A DNA stretch of 64,000 bases from a virus (taxonomy: Duplodnaviria; Heunggongvirae; Uroviricota; Caudoviricetes), in IMG/VR virus record IMGVR_UViG_3300017989_000062, positions 85,483 to 149,482 of that record; one strand, given 5' to 3'. Each line of letters begins with the position of its first letter. Position 1 is the stretch's first letter. Shown here one piece after another: positions 37,671-46,402 of the stretch. The notes under the pieces were generated by a model. It was not told the DNA's origin and did not search any database. It saw only the letters and a program-made list of their open reading frames with translations. A program made the position numbers and the translations under genes.

Positions 37671-38393
37671 ATGGAAATTAACAAGTCTTGTAAGTTACTC
37701 CTGAAAGATGTGTATCTTTATGATATATCAGCATGTCATTACCAGATCATTCAAAGACTTGGTTTTGACTTAACTCACATTGATAAAGAAGACAAGTTAA
37801 AAAGAAATACACAAATCGGAATAATGATGCGAGACGATCCTCGCCTGACCAGTATTATTCGTGGAATTACAAACTCAACAATCGGAGACTTTCTCACCAA
37901 AAACCATGTCAAAGAAGAGGAGTTAATATTACGTCAGTATGATGGTGTGATTACAACGAAACTTCTGCGAGAGACCAGCCAAAATATTCCGCTCGACCTC
38001 AGAGCATGTTTCGAAGCAATGTTAATTTCTTCAGATAGGAAAACCTACATCGCGATCTATAACAGAAATGTAATGATCAAAGGAATTCCATATCGTTATC
38101 CAGCGATGGATGCGATGTTTGAGAAGTTGATAAAGGTTTGTAATTCAAAGAAGTATAAAATCTTTACAACATTGCAGGAGATTAGAGACGAAATCATTAC
38201 ATCTGAAAATCCGTACTTATATGCAATACCAGTTGCGAATAATATGTGTAATGTATTTTTGAAATACTTTGGTCAAACGCAAATCTCAAAGAGTATGATT
38301 AGAATTATGGATCCTGTGGACATTGATAGAGAACGGTATTATGATTTTTACATTCGACCATTTGCAGAAAGCTTGGTTATGGAATTCGCGTAG
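37671..38393 (+). CDS. Hypothetical protein
   Basis: ORF. Confidence 0.4.
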   Translation: MEINKSCKLLLKDVYLYDISACHYQIIQRLGFDLTHIDKEDKLKRNTQIGIMMRDDPRLTSIIRGITNSTIGDFLTKNHVKEEELILRQYDGVITTKLLRETSQNIPLDLRACFEAMLISSDRKTYIAIYNRNVMIKGIPYRYPAMDAMFEKLIKVCNSKKYKIFTTLQEIRDEIITSENPYLYAIPVANNMCNVFLKYFGQTQISKSMIRIMDPVDIDRERYYDFYIRPFAESLVMEFA

Positions 38394-38404
38394 GAGGTTG
38401 TACA

Positions 38405-38809
38405 ATGAAGTATAAAGCAAGTGAGGTTACCAATTCTTCAAGTTCAAGTTTTGTGGTGTGGGGTCTTTATATGGGTCTCGACGATATCAAAGAAAAATAT
38501 GGACACACCATCTGGGAAAAGGAATGTGTTATTCTTGGACCAGCAATTGCAAACAAATCAGAAGAAGATTTCATGGATGAGTTTGATTCTGAAAGGTTAT
38601 CTGAACTTTGTGATAAACATGGACTTGATCATTCTAGAATGGCTTATGATGATTATGAAACAATGATTGGAATCTCACCATTTACAATGAAGGAGGACCA
38701 AACACTTAGGGAGTTTAAAGAGGAAATATCTAAGAAATTTTCAGATATGGGTATTAATCTATCAGCGGATGAACTTCAACAAATTGAAGAAGCCTGGATG
38801 GACAACTAG
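38405..38809 (+). CDS. Tag-family member D (MKYKASEVTNSSSSSF...), acidic
   Basis: Conserved N-terminal 16-mer. GGAGG RBS. Confidence 0.6.
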   Translation: MKYKASEVTNSSSSSFVVWGLYMGLDDIKEKYGHTIWEKECVILGPAIANKSEEDFMDEFDSERLSELCDKHGLDHSRMAYDDYETMIGISPFTMKEDQTLREFKEEISKKFSDMGINLSADELQQIEEAWMDN

Positions 38810-38821
38810 AAGGGAGGCACT

Positions 38822-39043
38822 ATGTGTGAATGTGGGAGCAACAGAATCATGGAAGTCAGTGGAAAATGTTCGGATCTGTTTCATGCTGAGTCTGGAGATT
38901 ATGAACATTTCGGATACGTTCCTGATGGTCTTGGAATTGGAAGCGGAGATTACATGGAGTTATCTTACTGTCTAGAGTGTGGGAGAATCCAGGGCAACTT
39001 TCCCATCCCAACACCGATTTCAAAGGAGGAAGAGGACGAATGA
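38822..39043 (+). CDS. Small zinc-ribbon-like protein
   Basis: 'CEC...C' and 'CLECGR' Cys pairs. AGGGAGG RBS. Confidence 0.4.
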   Translation: MCECGSNRIMEVSGKCSDLFHAESGDYEHFGYVPDGLGIGSGDYMELSYCLECGRIQGNFPIPTPISKEEEDE

Positions 39044-39666
39044 TATCAGTCTTGAATATTGCGGCCGGTAAGATACTATGTCCTTTGAATGAAGAGGATA
39101 ATAAGGACATTTTCGTTGTCAATCTTGACACGATGTACTACAACGCTTATGAACCAGAAGACATTGAAAGTGTGTACAACTACTGGGTTGAGAAGGACGG
39201 TGTATTTGATCCAGAGAAATATCCTGAGAATCGACGGTCAATTAGAAAGATGAATTCCGATGCGATCGAGTTCATGGAAAGAACAACTATTCCGTTTGAC
39301 AAGATTGTCTGTTACCGGTATTTGGAGCATGTCCCTTTTACAAACGTTTTATATTTCATATACTTGATGTCGACCTCACTCAAAATTGGAGGCGAGGTTG
39401 AAATCATTGTACCGGATTATTCAATCCTCGCCAGACGAATCTTAGACGAGAAGGTAGGAAGTCCAGGGTGGGAAGCAGAGAATATCATCACAACTACAGA
39501 GATTGTAAATGATCCTGGATGTCCTCATGCTTCTATCTGGACTGTCGCAAGATTGGAGTATTTCTTTGAACTCGAGAAAAGATTTGAAACTGTAGCCATC
39601 GAACCAAACTTTGAATTTGATGGTAGGGATATATACGTCCACTACAGAGGAAGGCGGGTTGCATAA
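39040..39666 (+). CDS. Possible class I SAM-dependent methyltransferase
   Basis: 'YRYLEHVPF....LKIGGEVEIIVPD' resembles the Methyltransf_11/23 post-motif II/III region. AAGGAGG RBS before MISVLNIAAG. Motif I is not clear. Confidence 0.35.
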   Translation: MISVLNIAAGKILCPLNEEDNKDIFVVNLDTMYYNAYEPEDIESVYNYWVEKDGVFDPEKYPENRRSIRKMNSDAIEFMERTTIPFDKIVCYRYLEHVPFTNVLYFIYLMSTSLKIGGEVEIIVPDYSILARRILDEKVGSPGWEAENIITTTEIVNDPGCPHASIWTVARLEYFFELEKRFETVAIEPNFEFDGRDIYVHYRGRRVA

Positions 39667-40014
39667 ATGCCGACGAAGCGGATCGGGAAAAATGTAATTG
39701 AAGTTCTTAAATTCTGTAGAAACTGTGGAGAAGAAAATCCTCCAGGCCGTTCTGTGTATTGTTCTAAAACTTGTATGAAGGAATATTACAAGAAGCCAGA
39801 AATAAGAAAGAAATATGCAGTCGAGAAAAAGGAATATCAAGATGATTATTGTGGCGTTGACCCTGACTTCAAAACAAAAATGGTGGAGTGTATTTGTCCT
39901 AAATGTAGAAGGACACACAAGAAGAAACTGTTATGGACTGGTAGAGGAAAACCAAGAAAATATTGCTGGGACTGTTACGAAATAGCGAATACAATTGATG
40001 CGGAAGCTGCTTAA
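39667..40014 (+). CDS. Cys-rich zinc-finger protein
   Basis: 'CRNCGEE', 'CSKTC', 'CICPKCRR' and 'CWDCY' motifs. Confidence 0.45.
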   Translation: MPTKRIGKNVIEVLKFCRNCGEENPPGRSVYCSKTCMKEYYKKPEIRKKYAVEKKEYQDDYCGVDPDFKTKMVECICPKCRRTHKKKLLWTGRGKPRKYCWDCYEIANTIDAEAA

Positions 40015-40221
40015 GGATTTGGGGTCCTGTGGGTTTGTGGTGATTGACCCAAGGTTATGCAGGCGTTTTCATGCGATCGTCTGCCGCCATGCGAGTAGGT
40101 TCTCAGTAGTCCTGCATGTAAAATTCTGTTGCTACGAGAACGTCCTTTGAGGAAAGAAGCCGGGGGTCTAATCCTGAATGAACAATGGCGGCTACCCCCA
40201 CCCTTTTGAAAGAGAGGCAAC

Positions 40222-40368
40222 ATGTTTAAAACACTCAAAAAATGGTTTGAAAGGAAACCAACAATATATGATCCTCCAAAATCATGTCCGGATTGTGGTT
40301 GCATTATGTTGATGGTTGCAGACACACAAGTTCATTGGAAATGTACTAAGTGTCGGAGAGGATGGTGA
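40222..40368 (+). CDS. Tiny zinc-ribbon ORF (48 aa), below the ORF-track size cutoff
   Basis: Translation MFKTLKKWFERKPTIYDPPKSCPDCGCIMLMVADTQVHWKCTKCRRGW*. Has CxxC...CxxC. Its stop overlaps the ATG of the next gene. Confidence 0.3.
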   Translation: MFKTLKKWFERKPTIYDPPKSCPDCGCIMLMVADTQVHWKCTKCRRGW

Positions 40369-40369
40369 T

Positions 40370-40876
40370 ATGACAGAAGAAGAGCAAAGAAGTGAAAGCT
40401 ATCTCAAGGATTGGGAAGAGAATGGTGTTTGGCTTCAACTATCAACTTGCATTAAAATAGCTGCCGAGCGCCATGAACACCAACTCGACAAATCTGGAAA
40501 ACCGTATATTCTCCATCCTTTGAAAGTCATGTCTCATTTTACTGACCCGAAGGATATGATGGCTGCAATACTCCATGACATCATTGAAGATACACCAGTG
40601 ACAATCGACGATCTATATGGATATGGTATTCCGTATGATGTGGTTACTACAGTCATTGCATTATCAAGGAGAGAAGGAGAAACGGTTAAAGAATATTACG
40701 CTCGAATTAAGAAAGATGAACGAGCAGTAAGAGTTAAAATGAGAGATCTAGAACACAACATAGATGTTCTTAGATTTAAAAGACTCTTACGAAAGGAGGA
40801 CATTTCCAGATTAAAAATGTATCACCAGAAGCATTTAGAATTGTGGGAGGTTGAGAATGAAGTTCAAAGCAAGTGA
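40370..40876 (+). CDS. HD-domain hydrolase, RelA/SpoT-hydrolase-like (small alarmone hydrolase-like)
   Basis: 'HEHQLDKSGKPYILHPLKV' (H...H) and 'AAILHDIIEDT', which matches the SpoT/Mesh1 'LLHDVVEDT' HD motif (40571-40594). Confidence 0.55.
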   Translation: MTEEEQRSESYLKDWEENGVWLQLSTCIKIAAERHEHQLDKSGKPYILHPLKVMSHFTDPKDMMAAILHDIIEDTPVTIDDLYGYGIPYDVVTTVIALSRREGETVKEYYARIKKDERAVRVKMRDLEHNIDVLRFKRLLRKEDISRLKMYHQKHLELWEVENEVQSK

Positions 40877-41234
40877 AATAACCAATTCGTCAAGCACTAC
40901 CTTCTTACTTGGCATCATGACTGGTGATGGTTCTGTTGACCTCAACATTGAGCTGAGAGTGGTCGTCAATTTGAAGGAGTTTTTGGAACGTACTCTTAAG
41001 TCTGTAGAAGATTTGGATGCATGGGTTGATGATTGGTATGGCGACCCAAGCGCTTTACCTTCTAATGAGTACGATAGATGTAAAAATATCTTAGAGAAAG
41101 GAGGTGTAGTTCAACTGTTGTATGTTACAGACGAAAGTGATAATCCATTGGAAGTATTTCTAACACAGAATGGAATCGAAAATGTGAATTTACCAGACAA
41201 CATCGTTGTCATTAGAGGACAAGGAGGATACTAA
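40857..41234 (+). CDS. Tag-family member E (MKFKASEITNSSSTTF...), acidic
   Basis: Conserved N-terminal 16-mer, slightly diverged. GGGAGG RBS. Confidence 0.55.
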   Translation: MKFKASEITNSSSTTFLLGIMTGDGSVDLNIELRVVVNLKEFLERTLKSVEDLDAWVDDWYGDPSALPSNEYDRCKNILEKGGVVQLLYVTDESDNPLEVFLTQNGIENVNLPDNIVVIRGQGGY

Positions 41235-41236
41235 AA

Positions 41237-42559
41237 ATGGCTAAAGATAGTTACAAAAAAGATGCTCAAGAGCAAATGAGTTGGCAAGAGCAGGAAATGT
41301 TGAAGAAACGTGCCTTGATTAAGAAGTTTGCCGGCCTGGCTGTGTTGGTTGTTATTGGTCTTGTTGGGTTGGTGCTGTCGCCAAAGATCTTCGATACGGT
41401 TGAAAAAGGCACATACCAGATCAAGCAGGCCGCTGTCACTGGAACAATGTCCGCGAAAATGGATCCGGGTCTTTGGTTGCAGTTGTTTGGTGATATTACC
41501 GTATGGCCTACCGCTGAGACTTTCTTCTTCACCAAGGATTCTGATGAAGGTACAGCAGCAGACCAGTCAATTGAAGTCCGATTCAATGACGGTTCTCTCT
41601 GTGATGTTTCAGGAACCCTTCGAAATATAATGCCTACAAATCCACAAGATGCAGTCAACCTCGTTACCGTTAGAGGTCATAAGACCTACTACGATGTGCA
41701 ACAAAAGTTGATTCTCCCTCATGTGAGAAACTCATTACGTTTGACGGCCAACTTGATGTCCGCCAGAGAATCTTATGCAGAGAAGAGAACCGACTTTCTA
41801 TACTGGGCGGCTGATCAGATTCAGAATGGTATCTACCAAACGGATGAAGAAACAAAGAAAATTATGGATCCGATCACCGGCGAGATGGTTACCAGGACCG
41901 TCAAGAGAATCAAGATGGGTGAAAATGGTTTACCGCTTCGACAAATGAATCCTCTGCAAGATACCGGTATACACCTGGTCAACTTTGAAATCAAAGCGTT
42001 CGAATACGCGGACAAGGTGAAAGCACAAATCGGCGCTCAGCAAGAGGCTCTCATGGCTGTTGCTACCGCACGAGCCAAAGCACAAGAAGCCGAGCAGGAC
42101 AAGTTGACCATTGAGGCTCAGGGTGAGGCAAAGGTCGCCAAAGCCAGATATTTGGAATTGGAAAAGAAAGCAACCGCAGTTGTCCAGGCCGAAAGGGACA
42201 AGGAAGTTGCTGAGACCCATGCTCAGAAGGAACTCGAAGTTGCTAAACTGGCTAAAGCAGCCGCCAAGGAAACCAAAGAGAAAGACATCCTACTCGGTCA
42301 AGGTCAAGCTGAGAAGAAACGTCTAGTTATGCAGGCTGACGGCGCCCTGAAACAGAAATTGGAAGCGTTGGTTGAGATCAACAAAAATTATGCCAATGCT
42401 TACAAAGAGAGGAAAGTTCCTCAAGTGTATATGGCCGGCGGTTCCGGTGCTAACGGAACATCAAATCCGGATGATGAATTCAGTCGATTTATGAACCTGA
42501 TGAATATTCGTAACGCCAAAGAACTGGCAATTGATATGAACATCAAAGGCCAGAAATAG
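41237..42559 (+). CDS. SPFH/band-7 (prohibitin/HflKC-like) membrane protein with a C-terminal coiled-coil
   Basis: N-terminal TM helix, central globular domain, then an Ala/Glu/Lys-rich heptad region (AQQEALMAVATARAKAQEAEQDK...). Lies in the GC-rich island. Confidence 0.5.
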   Translation: MAKDSYKKDAQEQMSWQEQEMLKKRALIKKFAGLAVLVVIGLVGLVLSPKIFDTVEKGTYQIKQAAVTGTMSAKMDPGLWLQLFGDITVWPTAETFFFTKDSDEGTAADQSIEVRFNDGSLCDVSGTLRNIMPTNPQDAVNLVTVRGHKTYYDVQQKLILPHVRNSLRLTANLMSARESYAEKRTDFLYWAADQIQNGIYQTDEETKKIMDPITGEMVTRTVKRIKMGENGLPLRQMNPLQDTGIHLVNFEIKAFEYADKVKAQIGAQQEALMAVATARAKAQEAEQDKLTIEAQGEAKVAKARYLELEKKATAVVQAERDKEVAETHAQKELEVAKLAKAAAKETKEKDILLGQGQAEKKRLVMQADGALKQKLEALVEINKNYANAYKERKVPQVYMAGGSGANGTSNPDDEFSRFMNLMNIRNAKELAIDMNIKGQK

Positions 42560-42569
42560 TTATTGAATA

Positions 42570-42600
42570 AAGTGGGGACTCTGAAACGGGTCCCCACTAA
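42570..42600 (+). terminator. Stem-loop / terminator candidate
   Basis: AGTGGGGAC...GTCCCCACT 9-bp stem. Confidence 0.45.
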
Positions 42601-42615
42601 ACTGGAGGTGACTGT

Positions 42616-43008
42616 ATGTTTGCGCAAGGATTAATTGTTTTACTAATCTTTGGCTGCATTGTATATTTTGGTTGGAAGATTATTGGCAAACGCCTTACAG
42701 CCAAAGTGGAAGAAGAGTTAACGGAGCCAAAGACTCCAGAAGAAGAAGCAGCGGCGTTGAAGCTGAAAATCGCGGCGTTGAAACGATCCAAAATGAAACT
42801 GGAAGCAGTTCAAGAAGAAATTGATGTGACTGCGGACCTGACTAAAGTCAAGACTACATTGTTCAAGGCGGAGAATAGACTCAAGACCCTTGACGAGAAA
42901 CTTGAAAACGTTGGTGTTCAAGTTGCAAAACATGATGACAAGATACAAACGGAGACAACTCCGGATGGCAGTGTGGAAGAAGCACCGGCAGAAACGCCAA
43001 AACAATAG
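42616..43008 (+). CDS. Single-pass membrane coiled-coil protein
   Basis: N-terminal TM 'LIVLLIFGCIVYFGWKIIG' followed by a charged coiled-coil. Confidence 0.45.
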   Translation: MFAQGLIVLLIFGCIVYFGWKIIGKRLTAKVEEELTEPKTPEEEAAALKLKIAALKRSKMKLEAVQEEIDVTADLTKVKTTLFKAENRLKTLDEKLENVGVQVAKHDDKIQTETTPDGSVEEAPAETPKQ

Positions 43009-43033
43009 AAAGTGATCGAAAGGAGATCAAAAG

Positions 43034-44152
43034 ATGGAAAATTTGGACTTGGAACAAATGGCTGAAGAAGATGGTGCTGTTGAAGGCGCCGTAGAAGAAA
43101 CTGTTGAGACCAACGGTGAGTTGGTGATGGAAGATGACCTGGACGCAGCGGTAGAGGATGCTGCAGACCCTACCGACGAAGAGACGTCCGCCGAAGAAGC
43201 TTCTACAGATGGAGACACGGAAGAAGCCGCGCCAGCAAGATTGGATTTTGAAGCTCGTGCCGAAGCGATGGGTCTGACCCCACTGGGAGCAGAAGGTTGT
43301 TTCCATTACGCAGATGAATTTTCAGAAGTCGTATATCGCCTGTTGCAAACGGGTAGTGGCGCCGGCCTGGTAGATGATGTCCAGGTTCCGCCTGTCGGTC
43401 TTTTCACCAAGCCTGCCGGAATCGATGGAGAATTCGGATGGGTCGGTATCGTTTCCATGTATTATAAGTTCGAGGGAAACGGAGCTTTGATCGGCCGGAT
43501 TCGTGAATCTGTTGCCGCAGTTGGGAATCCCATCATGTCCGAGAACACTGTTATGGCGCCCAACCTGGCCAGCATCCGTCACGACATTGTGATTCAACAT
43601 GCTACCAATGTGCCCGCAGTCGGAGATATGTATCCGGTTCTGATCGTCACCAATAGCTATGACGGCACGAAAGCTGCCAACGTTGCTTTTGGTTTGAGTT
43701 TCAACGATGGGGAACAAGACATCCGGTTCTGTTCCCACAAGAAGCTTGGCTCCCTTCGCCAGATCCATTTGGAAGGTGCCGATACGACCATGCAGGCTGA
43801 GGTTGGTGGTTACATCACCGCCTTCGCCGGCAATATTGGAGACATGATCCAGGCCAACATGGAAAGCACCATCACGGAAGATGATATGATGAGTGTGCTT
43901 GACATGATTGAGAAGCAGACCGGCAAGACCAGGCGCGAGGCAATCTCCGCCGTTATTACCGAAGCTCATCCCACAGAGGGTATTGAGTCTTGGACAATGA
44001 CCAGCTGGCAGCTCTTCAATGCCATTACGAAGTTCAGCTCCCTTGAGGCGAACCTCAATTCCAAGAAGATTTTGGAGAGTGTTGCCGAACGTGTGCTGAT
44101 CATTCCGGCGCAAATGGTCGAAGCCGTGGCCGCCCTCAGAACTGCAGAATAA
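43034..44152 (+). CDS. Protein with a highly acidic N-terminal about 70 aa followed by a globular domain; function unknown
   Basis: AAGGAG RBS. D/E-rich N-terminus. Follows the operon direction. Confidence 0.5.
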   Translation: MENLDLEQMAEEDGAVEGAVEETVETNGELVMEDDLDAAVEDAADPTDEETSAEEASTDGDTEEAAPARLDFEARAEAMGLTPLGAEGCFHYADEFSEVVYRLLQTGSGAGLVDDVQVPPVGLFTKPAGIDGEFGWVGIVSMYYKFEGNGALIGRIRESVAAVGNPIMSENTVMAPNLASIRHDIVIQHATNVPAVGDMYPVLIVTNSYDGTKAANVAFGLSFNDGEQDIRFCSHKKLGSLRQIHLEGADTTMQAEVGGYITAFAGNIGDMIQANMESTITEDDMMSVLDMIEKQTGKTRREAISAVITEAHPTEGIESWTMTSWQLFNAITKFSSLEANLNSKKILESVAERVLIIPAQMVEAVAALRTAE

Positions 44153-44165
44153 TGGTCTGAGGAGT

Positions 44166-44208
44166 ACAAAAAAAATGAGGCGTCCGAAAGGGCGTCTCAT
44201 TTTTTTGT
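44166..44208. terminator. Bidirectional rho-independent terminator
   Basis: A8 tract, then an 11-bp stem ATGAGGCGTCC/GGGCGTCTCAT with a GAAA tetraloop, then a T7 tract. Confidence 0.8.
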
Positions 44209-44316
44209 TGTTAATATCTTCTTGGCTTCCCACCACAAAAGCATCTTACCATATCATATAGAAGCGATGGGAAGAACCAAAGTAGATACACAATTGCTGA
44301 TATGGTTTGTAATGGT

Positions 44317-44481
44317 TTAAGTTTCATTTTCTCCATCCCCATCCTCGACGAATGAAAGATCATATTCAAATCCTAGAGTGCCTTTGATAACGTTGTACCC
44401 TATTAGTGGTACCCAGAATCCGAGGATTAAACAACTACCCAGCAAGGTTAAAACCAAGCTTGTTAATGAAGGTTCATTCAT
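44317..44481 (-). CDS. Small single-TM protein with an acidic C-terminus
   Basis: Minus strand. GGAGG RBS before MNEPSL. One hydrophobic helix. Confidence 0.35.
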   Translation of the reverse strand: MNEPSLTSLVLTLLGSCLILGFWVPLIGYNVIKGTLGFEYDLSFVEDGDGENET

Positions 44482-44645
44482 GACGTCCCGCCTCCTAGTG
44501 CCATTATTATTGCAAGCGCAGTACCTGCACACCCTAATAGAAATATCACAAGTGCGACTCTCTGCGCATGTTCGATGCATACTTCACATTCAGTATCATC
44601 GATCAATAATGGACGACCACATTTACACTTAGCCAATTCCATCAT
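44478..44645 (-). CDS. Small zinc-ribbon plus TM protein
   Basis: Minus strand. AAAGGAGG RBS before MMELAKCKCG....CEVC, then a hydrophobic tail. Confidence 0.35.
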   Translation of the reverse strand: MMELAKCKCGRPLLIDDTECEVCIEHAQRVALVIFLLGCAGTALAIIMALGGGTS

Positions 44646-44702
44646 CGCACCTCCTTTGGCAGTTTTATATTTCATAGTATATTTTAAACAATCTTGCTTC
44701 TC

Positions 44703-44790
44703 TAGTTATTAATATATATAGTAATTCGGTTTCTACGGACGGTTCTAAAAGTATTAAAAATACTTAGTTAATATATAGATGTAATTTCCC
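44703..44790. promoter_or_regulatory. AT-rich divergent promoter region with two copies of a TAATATATA(G) motif
   Basis: 'agttattaatatatatagtaattc' and 'cttagttaatatatagatgtaattt'. A third copy lies at 46299-46315 upstream of the terminase gene. Confidence 0.4.
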
Positions 44791-44822
44791 GAACAAAATA
44801 TAAACAACAAGGAGTTTACGAA

Positions 44823-46040
44823 ATGGCTAATACCATACTTGCACCACAAAGAAGTTATCTTTTTGAACTGAAAATCAAGGGTATAGATTATACGCCAGAT
44901 ATTTATCAAGTTCGAGTTACTACATCAATTGCCGCTCCATGGCCAGTTGTTGTTTTGAATATTTTTGTAGATGTAAATGATGTAATATTAGAAGGATTGT
45001 GGGGACAGGATCCATGTGAATTAAACATCATCTTACTTGGACAAACAGGATTACAAAGCGACCAAATCAAATTAGATTTGATGGTTGTAGATATGAATCT
45101 TGACATCCAAACAAAAGATCAAATGTCAGAAGGAAAACAAAAAGATCGAACCCCAATAACAATTACTACAGTTGCTAGAGATGCCTTCAAAACCATGACA
45201 ACAATGGTAAATGATGTTTTTGAAAATATGTCCTTAAAAGATATTATTTCTAGTTTAGTATCAACAGCAGGTGGAACATTAATTTATGATGCAAAGAACG
45301 AAAACACAGAAAAGATATCACAAGTTGTCGTACCACCAACAACATTATATCGAGTGATTCAATATCTTGATTCAACATTTGGTTTGTTTGAAGGAGTTCC
45401 TGTTGCTTTCTGTGATTTAGAAAACAACGTTCATATTTATAACTTGTCAGAACGTATGAATAAAAGTCAAACATTTACCATCACACAATTAGCAAGTGGA
45501 ATGAATACAACAGATATTGTTGAAAATACATCATCAGGTAAAGAGTTTTACACATATTCTGTAGTGAAGACAAGATATAGAGGAAATGCAACATATGCTG
45601 TTTTAGCAAGTAACATGGCTTTTATTGCAAAACCAAAAGATTCATTATACTATCCTGTTGATCTAACCTTAGATGGGATATGTAAAGATAATGGTTTAAT
45701 ATCCAGAAACAGTAAAATACCGACAGATACAAATATCGCTCACAGAAAAACATATTATATTAATCAAACAGGGTACAACTATACAGAAGCTTTTGCTCGT
45801 TCAATAATGGCGAAAAGAATATCTTCTTTATCAGAAGTCAATATTAGTATTGAAAAAAATCTACCTGTTTGGAATTTACTTCAAGTTGGGGAACCTGTTA
45901 AATTTATTCCTCGAACCGTCGAGTTTATTAACCTTTCTGGAAAATATATTTTAAAAGCATCTGATTTATATTTCAAAAAAAATAAAGACTGGGAATCAAC
46001 TGCAAATATTTATTTGATCAGAACTAACAGAACTATATAA
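44823..46040 (+). CDS. Hypothetical late protein (possibly structural)
   Basis: AAGGAG RBS. First gene after the late-promoter-like region. Confidence 0.45.
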   Translation: MANTILAPQRSYLFELKIKGIDYTPDIYQVRVTTSIAAPWPVVVLNIFVDVNDVILEGLWGQDPCELNIILLGQTGLQSDQIKLDLMVVDMNLDIQTKDQMSEGKQKDRTPITITTVARDAFKTMTTMVNDVFENMSLKDIISSLVSTAGGTLIYDAKNENTEKISQVVVPPTTLYRVIQYLDSTFGLFEGVPVAFCDLENNVHIYNLSERMNKSQTFTITQLASGMNTTDIVENTSSGKEFYTYSVVKTRYRGNATYAVLASNMAFIAKPKDSLYYPVDLTLDGICKDNGLISRNSKIPTDTNIAHRKTYYINQTGYNYTEAFARSIMAKRISSLSEVNISIEKNLPVWNLLQVGEPVKFIPRTVEFINLSGKYILKASDLYFKKNKDWESTANIYLIRTNRTI

Positions 46041-46402
46041 AAAAGAAACAACAAAATTTGACTAGAGCCTGAGGCTCCAGTCTAGAAGACTTGGATTGAT
46101 TTTGATTTCAGTTGAGTGTTGAATAGCTTTAGTCTGGGCTTCTTCTTAGCTGCGGGTAGACTAAAACCATCCAATCAGACTGGTTAGTGACGAGTTAACC
46201 TCTGAAATCAAAAGCGTCTCTTCCGTGTGGTCGGGTCACGGTAGACGAGGATACGTAATGAATAAGACTAATTGACAACAATTCTCCTTATTCAATAAGT
46301 AATATATATAATTCTTAGTTCTAACCAAAAACTATTGGATAAATAGAACAAACTTTAAAGGGATATCTTCCATCGACATTACGCCGGAAAGTAGAGGAAA
46401 AA

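Noticed and set aside
40011-40325. 104-aa minus-strand ORF across the GC-rich non-coding patch
   Set aside because: The product is basic and of low complexity, it overlaps the plus-strand zinc-ribbon ORF, and it has no RBS. It is more likely an artefact of local GC richness.
43322-44236. 304-aa minus-strand ORF antisense to the 43034..44152 gene
   Set aside because: It lies wholly inside the GC-rich island, where long spurious ORFs are expected. It runs against the operon direction and I saw no RBS. The plus-strand ORF has an AAGGAG RBS and is followed by the strong terminator.
44646-44675. 'MKYK' at the start of the minus-strand ORF 44478..44675, resembling the conserved tag
   Set aside because: Only four residues match. 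A strong AAAGGAGG RBS lies inside this stretch and serves the downstream Met-Met, so MKYK is probably untranslated. I treat it as coincidence.
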